Below are positions 1-9,000 of a stretch of 64,000 nt of DNA, piece after piece; position 1 is the first letter of the stretch, and each line of letters begins with the position of its first letter. The translations under genes were made by a program, and so were the position numbers. The stretch comes from an uncultured Clostridia bacterium (GTDB taxonomy: Bacteria > Bacillota > Clostridia > Christensenellales > DTU072): the NCBI GenBank assembly GCA_944362765.1, contig CALVTP010000002.1:52550-116549 (forward strand), in the 5' to 3' direction. The notes beneath the pieces are model-generated. The model was not told where the DNA came from, did not search any database, and worked only from the letters and a program-made list of their open reading frames with translations.

Positions 1-1
1 C

Positions 2-3000
2 GAAACCGAGATTTCCGCCATGCAGGAAGGTACTCGTAACGTAACCTCCGAGTACACCTACAAAGCGGGCGGCGTCAATATCGGCATCCGTTACGAGGCA
101 AATTACGCCGTAGGAAGGGACGTTGACTCCGAGATAATGCTGCTCTTCCACAACTACAATACGTCGGAAGACGTGATGTTTATCTACTACGACGCACACA
201 ACCTCTACTATTCGCTGGGCGGGGAGCGCGGCAGATTCGAAAATTTCCGGTTAAACAGCGGCTTTGACGTCTTCTTCGACGCGATAACTTCTTTGGATAT
301 GCAAAGGGTATTGTACTCCGAGGAGTTTGCCGAAGACATCGAAAGCCTCTCGACGATGGCGGAAAGTACCAAGATAACTCTCGTTCCGACGGAAAGGGAG
401 GGCGCCGCAGGCACCGTTAAGGGCGAAACCGTGACCGTAAGCGACATAAACCTCGATACGCTGAGAAACACCGTCAACGACTTTTTAGAGGATATCCATT
501 CGCTGGCGGGTTCCTCGGTGGACGCTCTGACGGACGAATTTCTGGGCTTCAAATTCAGCGACATGACCTCTTTGCAGGTCGGGCAGTTCACCGCCACAAG
601 GTTCATGACAGTCAACGACGTCGTCGACGGGAATTACATAAACCGCGGCTTCGATATCACCTTCGAGGGCGATCAGGACAACGACATCACCCAACTCGAC
701 AGCTATCGCTTCGACATCTCCTACACCCGTTCGGATTCGGCGGGCTCTATCGATATTCCGGACGGAGTCAACCCCGACAACAACAACGATTACCTGGACG
801 AGAACGCCGGCGAAAGCTACATGACGGGCATTCTGAAGCTGCCGTTCACCGAAACGGAGTTCACCGTCGATTTCCGCTCCTACATAGACCTCGACGATAA
901 CGCCTTAAACCTTATCGCCTTCAATGTCTACCGCGAAAAGGGAGCCTACGACGAAAACGGCTCGCCGACGACCGAACGCGAGAAAATGTTCGGTATCTAC
1001 ATGGATGAAGGGGTATTGTACTTCGATTTCGAAGGGCTTATCGAAAACTATCTGAGGTCGCATACCGTCTCCTCGGACGGCTCCGTGTCCTACGGCGACT
1101 ATCTGATGGATTTCGATAAACTCGGGCTCCCGAAGGCGACTTTAGGAGACGAGGAAAATCCGTTTGACCTTACCGACACTTTAAATTCCGTCATCCGTAA
1201 GGCGATGAGCGCTTTAAGCGAAGGGATAGACGGACTTATCGACGGCTTTACTTCCGCCCTCCCCGACGACGGCGAAACTACGGAGGAACCATCCGAACAA
1301 TCGATAGATTGGGTTACCGTTTTTTCTAAAATAGAATCCCAAAAAGAAGAATATAACAGCGGAGACTACCGATACAAAGACGCCTACGTTCTCCGCGTCA
1401 CCATAGATTCCGAGTTTTTGGAAGCCGTCTTCGGCGAGGATCTTCAAACCATGCTGACCGATTACGCTTCAGAGCTCGGCTTCGACCGCGACATAGTCGA
1501 AAAGATAGTAAGCTTAGGTCTTCTTGACGATTTGAAATTGATTGTCGAGTATCGTCACCATCTCGGCGAACTCGGACTTAAACTAATGAACGGCGACGAC
1601 GAAAAGCCGCTGTTCGACTTAAAACTTTACATGACCGAAGCGACGGACGACGAGCTCGACAGCGACGGGCGTCTCGTCATCGAAACGCCGGCGGACACAG
1701 GCGAGATAGTTTTCTATAACAAGCTGACCCTTCCCGAGCATTACGGCGCAAGTTTCGGTGCGGAAATCACCTTCACCGAAAATACCGACATTTCTCCCTT
1801 CCTCGGGATTATGGTCGGAGACGTTACGGGCGCGAACACGCCGTTCGAGCTTTCCAACAGTGACAAATTGGTGCTCCGCGGCGACGTATGGGAATATGAA
1901 AGCGAAATCTACGGCGACGTTACCATATCATATCTGTCGGCGTCAACCGGCGACGAGACAGCCCTCGCGCGGCTGACCCTCGGAAACTACGACCCGGAGT
2001 ACGCTTATGTCCGCCTGACTATTCCCGGGCGGGACGAAATGCGTTACAGGCTGACCCGGCGGGTGGTTTTTGACAGCTTCACCGAACTTACCGGTGAGGA
2101 GTTCGACTATGATTCGCTGATAGATCTTGTTTATGCGGTGCTGGGCGCGGCGACGGTGACTCTGGAAGGCTCCACTCTCGGGGCGAAGCTCATTTCAACG
2201 GAAAGCGACACGGTTCTGAACGACTTTTTCGAAGCCGAGTTCACCGCCGACGCCAACCTCTCATTCTTCTTCGAGCTGCCGTACGCTACCGAAGCGGAGT
2301 ACGTAAATGAATTCGACCCGGTCGACTATCCCGTTCCTTCGGTACAGATACTCGGAAAAGGCGGGGAACCGATGGAGGAAGACAGTATCGTCCCATTCCA
2401 CAGTATTTATGAGGCGCATTGGTATAACAGGGCGCAGGTGACAATAGGCGACAAAACCTATGAAATGGCAATAAGCTACACCGAAGAATCCACCACGCCG
2501 GTGGCGGGGAAAACCGAATACAGACCGGTTTCGCTGCTGATGGGCGCAGACGTCGGTTATATCATGCGCTTATTGGATGAAGACGGCGGAAAGTTGGTTT
2601 CCGGCATGTACGGCGACTATGCCACATATTGGGAAATCGATCCCACAACGGAGACTCCCTTCCCGGACGAAGTCCCCGTCGTCTATACCGACGGCACAAC
2701 GGGAAATAAAAGCTATGTTATAAAGGACGACTCCGGCAAAGACATCGCAATCACCAACGAAAACATCAGGCAATACCTTGACGGAGTGCCTGCCAAGTAT
2801 TATACCGTCGTCATCGGCGAAGGCTCCATAGCCGAAACGAGTTACAGGATTCGCCTCGAAATTCTTCCCGGGCGGCTGGTGGGATACACCGAAAACGCAG
2901 ACGGCGTGCCGATAGTGGCGTCGGTTACCATTGACCCGCTCGAGTACGGCGCGGCGGTTATGTCCGACCCCGATTACGACCCGTTGAGGTACGATTCGAC

Positions 3001-6000
3001 GGGCAGAACCTCGATAACTCTGCGTTTCGGCGGCGCAGGCAGTGCGGAACGTGAAGTCACCGTCGAAAACAGCGAACTTAATTGGGATACCAAAGAGCTG
3101 AAAGTCACTTTCAGCGCAGCCGAATGGGTCTTCTACGGGAAATATAACGGCACCGTCGACATCGCCGTGGCGGTGACGGTAGAACCCAAAGAAGACCCCG
3201 AAATCAGCATCACCGGCGAGTCTTTGGGAGTATACACCGTCGATTCGCTCCGTCCCGAGACATACCGCATTCCGACGACGACGGATGAGGCAAACGAAGT
3301 CAGGATCTACTTCGAGTCCGACCACTACAGGATCGTCGGCAACGAAGCCGACTATCTGAGGATATACGGGGCGCTCCCCGACTCCGATTATTTCGACGGC
3401 TTCTATGAATCCGAGCTTATCTGGAGCTACTCCGTAGCCACGCTGACTCCTATTGACGGCACCACACGGCCGCTCGCCGGCGGAGATGCCGGGACGACGG
3501 TCGCGGAATTCGGCTATGAAGGAAGTATCGGCTTAAAGACGTTGACGCTTTCCGTAAACTGCCCCTCCCGCGATGTTGAATATCGCTACGGCGGCAGCGC
3601 TTACGACGTCGGAAACCGCGAAAACGGTGCGATGATTCACGTGGCGGCATTTACCGCATACGGAGACGCCGACACCGAAACCTTTGCATACAGTCCCTAT
3701 GCCGAAACCGTCATGCTTCCCGACACCGTCTATATCGAGGCTGTTTACCGCGAAGCAGGGCGTCCGAGAATGATAGGTTATCCCGTTGAATGGGAGGCGG
3801 ATGACGGCATCGTCACCGAGGACGGTCTAGTGACCGCAAGAAGAGGGACGCGGACCGAATTTGTCGTCGTGGGTAAAATCGGCGGCAGTGATATTTACGA
3901 CTATGCTCCCGTTTTGGAGCTCAATATGCTCGTCACCAATGAATCGGGCGAATACGAAAGCGTCGAATTCAGGGGCGGCACCGTCACCGTCGAAAATTAT
4001 ACCGTCAACGGCATGAACCCGTACGACTTGTTGAGTTACGAAGAAAACGGCGAAGTGTTTTATCGGCTGCCTACCGAAGTGGTGCTGAATTTTGCCGAGG
4101 AATCGGGGTTGGAGCAGGCGGAATATCCGGCTGAATGGTTCTTTGTCAGGGCGACGGACAGCGGAATGACGGAAGGCGTCCATTACGGCGCGATAGACTC
4201 CGAAGCGGCGTCGGCGGCGGGAAGGATCTACGCCGATAACTTCATCACTTCACCCGCGGGCGGCTCCTTCGTCTTTGCTATGGAAACCGCCGAAGGCGAA
4301 GGCATTTTGAGTCAGCGCATCGAAATCACCGTGTCCTTTGAAAGTGTCGCGGTGGTGACCGATTATATTTACGGCATCGGCAACGGCGACGAGGAGATAG
4401 ACACCTACGCCCCGTACAGCAAGCAGCTTCTGGAAAAGCTGGAAACCGCCGCAGGAAACGGCTATACCGACCGTACGGAGATAGGATTTACTACCGCCGA
4501 TATGGCGTTATCCGAAGTCGACGTATTGTGGAACAAGGAGAAGCTGGACGCATTTATAGCGGCGTTGAAGAGCCCGTTCGGGGGAACGCGTGAACTTGCG
4601 GGAACCGTTTATGCGGGCACCATTCTGGAAGCCGATATCTCCCAAACGTTCATTGTATCCGACAACACGATAACTTCCGACCTCGGCTTTATCAACCATC
4701 GCACCGATGTAAGCCGCCTTGTCGCGGAAGAGCCTTCCGAGGACGGTACCTTAAATTACACGCTGACGGTGGAGCGCATCTATGCGCTGACGGCGGACGG
4801 CGCCTTTGCCACGCCTTACGACTATATAGAATATCTCCTTTCGAATGTCGAATTTACCATCGGCGACACTCCGTATTTGGCAATAGCCGAGTATTCCGTC
4901 GACGGCGAAGACTTCAATAACCGCGCATATCAGCGCGCGGGCACCGTTTATCCGGAAGGTGAGGCTCCCGTCGGCGGTATCGTGGCGGTCAACTTCTACG
5001 TGACGAATCTCTACGGCGCGGGCTCCTGCGTCCAGCCGATGAATATAAGAGCGGTCTTCCATAAGTCGGTGGTGCCGAGTCACGCCACGACGATTACCGA
5101 GTCTCTCGAAACCTATTCGGAGGACGGGGCGCCGCTGTACGGGTCGGGATACACTCTTCCCGATACTTTTGTGGTGACGTTTGCCTATACGATAAGCTCC
5201 GAGTCAAGTAACACCGTCGAATATACTGTGCCTATTTCGGGACTCAATTGGATAGCTCAGGGCACCTTCACCACCGACGATGGTGAAGTGGCGATACGGC
5301 AAGGCGATGAAGTCACCGTCATCCCGAGCTCGCTGATGGACTTTAACGGCAGCGCAACGATAATTTTAAGTACCCTTATCCCCGACGGCTTTACCCAACT
5401 CGGGCGGCAGATAACCATTCGACCGAAGATGATAACCAACGACGGAGAGACCTACCGCTACAATGCAGCTGCCACTGCGGAAAAAGGTTTCACCGTTGAG
5501 ACGGGTTATATCAATATCCCGAACATCTTCGCCGTCTACTCTCTGCTGGACTCTCTGCAGGACGACAATTTCGAAAAACTCCTTCCGACGGTCATACAGC
5601 CGCAATCGCATAACGGGTTCACGACGGACTACGCCTTAATCAACTTCCCGCTGACCTCAGAGGGCTGGACGCCGGCGGAAGATTTTGCCGACGGCTCGGG
5701 CGGCTTCGTCGATGCCGGTGAATTAAAGAACATTCTGACCTCCAAGGGCTACGAAGGGTTGCTTGCCACGGGCGAGATATCGGGGTACGGCGGCGAAACG
5801 CAGACGGTCAAACTTTTCGTCCGCGTCACCCCGCTTTCTTCCCCCGCGATAGTTCCCGTTAATCTGACCGACTCCGGATTCGATAGCGAACATCGGCAGC
5901 ACCTGACGCTCGACCCCTACGGCGCATATTCTGACGCCTCGGGAGAATACAAATTGACGTATACTCCGACGATTTTGTTCGGCGGTTCGGTCGAACACAC

Positions 6001-9000
6001 ATTTACCCGCGGCGATATCGTTTATAAAGACAAAAACGGTGACAGTATATTCCGTATAAATTACAACGCCTACGGAAACGAATCGCAGGACATCACGATT
6101 GTGCTTCCGGACGGTACTTCCTTCGTCGTGACGGTGGACTTTATCGACAGGGAACTCGGCGAAGGTTCTCATATTAAGTATACCACAACTGCAAATGCGG
6201 GAACCCAAAGTGCGATATTTACGGGCAAGTATTATATCGATCCGTACGACAGTTCGACTTACACGCTGCCGACGACGGCGGATTTCTACTTTGGCGACGG
6301 GATAACGCCTTTGACGAATTATTCTACCGGGACGTGGCGTCTGAAAGAGGGCGCGTCCGAAATATTCGCATCCGGAAAATATCTTGGCGGCTATCACCCC
6401 GGAACGTATACGTTTGAAGGGAACCTTCCTAAGAGAGGAGAAGGAGACAAGTCCGGCGGCTCCACGTTCACGCTTACCGTTTACGTTCTGGAACGCGAGT
6501 ATGCGGGTGAGGAGAGCTTCGAGTTCACTTTCGACGGCAATGAAGGACGCCCCGACCCGTTCACGGCGCTGGTAAGCGATCTTGACGTAGACGTGGAAAT
6601 CACGAATACCGAAGACGGTGTTTACGAAGATTACTACAAAGAGCTGACTCCGGTCGAGCCGGACGTGCTGTGGAAAAAGAAAAAGGGTGGTGCTGCACTT
6701 ACCGACAACGACCTTCAGATTTTCGGTGGCTACGACTATGAGCTCACCGGTTCGATAGGATACGGCGTAGGGAGTGAAAGAAGCGCCGTTGAGGATGTCG
6801 GCGGCAGAGTCACCGCTCCGAAAATATCCTTCGACGCTATCGGAAGAAGCGTTGACGGCAACTTCGAAGTCGGTGCAAACAACCTTGTTTTTGAATTCAA
6901 TCCCTTCACTTTCGAGTGCATGGAGAGCGAGTTCACCGTGCGTTTCAAAACGACCAAGGGCGACAATATCGATGTGACGTTTACGGAAGAGGGAGTGATC
7001 GGAGGCGACGCTTCCGGGAAGGCGGTCGCCGCAGTGCTCATATGGGACGAGCAGTGGAAGAAGGACATTCAAGGCTCCGCCGAAGAATCGCAAGGCTACT
7101 ACCGTATAATTTTAAGCAACCGCAACAAGGACGGCGGCACATATTCTCCCGCCATAAACTATCAATATATTACGAGGCAGATTTCGATAGACGAAATCGA
7201 CTTGGGCTACGGGCAGGCGGGTACCGGCGAAGTAGAACTTGTCATCGACCCGCTTAACCCCGTCATTCCCGTGTCGGCCGAGGCATTCGGCAGGGTGCAG
7301 GGCAGCGCGTCAGGCACCGGGGAGCTGTATTCCGTAGGGCAAGTGGCGATAACCTGGGTTGATAACGCCGACGGCACATCGGTTTACGACAGACCCATCG
7401 GTGGCGGAGAGAGGACGTTTACCATCAACGTGGTGACCACCGAGGGCTACGTAGAACAAGAGGATATATTTAACATCAAGGTCATCTATCTGAACAGAAT
7501 CCCCACCGTTTTTGCCACCACAAACGGAAATTACTCCACGGCACAGATGGAGGCGGGGGCATACCCGTTGATGAAAAATACGGGTGGCGCGAGGGAATAC
7601 TACTTCAATATCGACCCGACGAATCAATATCTGTTCGTGAGCGACCTCAGCGATTCAAACACCCGCTATCTCAGCGAGGACAATAAAACCTATATCAAAT
7701 CCAAGTATCTGCTTCCGGACAGCATAGTAGTGCAGTTTGCAAACGCTTATTCTGCGGGAAGTACGGCAGGAGAGGCGCTTGAAAAACTCGGGGAAACCAT
7801 TACGCTTACAGATATAGAGTGGCTTATTGTGCGCGACTGCGACCCGGACACCCCCGATCGTTACCGCGACATCACTCTGGCGGGAACCGATGTTTTGGGC
7901 GAGATTACCGCAAAACCCAGAGCCTTCCGCATAAGTTATCGGACAGGAACGGGAGAGGAAGTCGTAACCGAAAAATTCGACTATTTCGGAAACGACAGCT
8001 TCCTCAGCACCCTCTATCAGCTGGTACTCGAAACTCCCGACAGACAGGTAGCTCGCACTTCGATATCGGAAGCGACGCTGACAAACGAAGGGCTTTACTA
8101 TCAAAGGGCGGGGGACGAATGGTATATCGACCCGTACGATATCAGTTTCCCGACCGAGATCACGGTGTACTTCGGGTTCGGCGCGGGCGGCGCGGGCTAT
8201 TCGAGGACATACACCAACGTCGAGTGGACGTGGGAAGAGGAGTATCTCGAAGATCCGAGCGTCGTCACCGGGCTTGAGGGCGGACAGCCGCTCCCCGACG
8301 ACTCCATTCTGCACAGAGTGGAAGCCTTTATGGAAATTTACGGCACGACGCTCATGGTCTCCTTCCCGGTAAGACACCGCTATATCGAGGAGACCAAGAT
8401 AGAGACCCCCGAAGGCGCCACTACAAACCCGATGAACGGCGGCACAATTTATGTGCTGCAGGGCATACCGCTTGCAGAACAGCTTCCCGACAGGCTCTAC
8501 TATGAGTTCGAGTACGAAGACGGCGCCGAAATCGCAGGCGTACCGCTGCAATTCGAAGCCTCCGAAATCGAAAGGCTCTCCACCGCCGAAGCGGGTACCG
8601 TTCACAGCGGCGTCCGCGGACAGTTGGGAATAAACAAAGGCAACATCGTCTTCACCATCGTCGTAGTCGATCCGAAGCTGTATTCCGTCGAAGAGACGAC
8701 CGAAAGCGGCGCTGCGGTGTATAAAGACGGAGCCTTCCTGTTCGACAAGATCCCCATCGCGGTGACGATAACCGGAGCATATCTCCCCGGTCCCGAGCAG
8801 GACCTCCTCCCCAAGCGGATAGTACTCGACGACGTCGGTGGCGGGGCGTATTGGGACATCGACTCCATCGATTTCGTCACTCAGACTTCCGCTCCGTACG
8901 CCGTCGTCAATGCAAGCTACGGTTTCGCTTCGTCTACCGACAACGACCGTCTGTACGGTGATATCGATGGGTCGAGGAAGCTGAAGATTTCCTTTACCAT

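Noticed and set aside
5723-7093. Long minus-strand ORFs inside giant gene 1 and giant gene 2 (for example 5723-7093, 7655-8605, 38629-39903, 47359-48462, 51337-52761, 57949-59898).
   Set aside because: Same reasoning as above. They are antisense shadows of the giant ORFs with arginine-rich nonsense composition and no translation signals.
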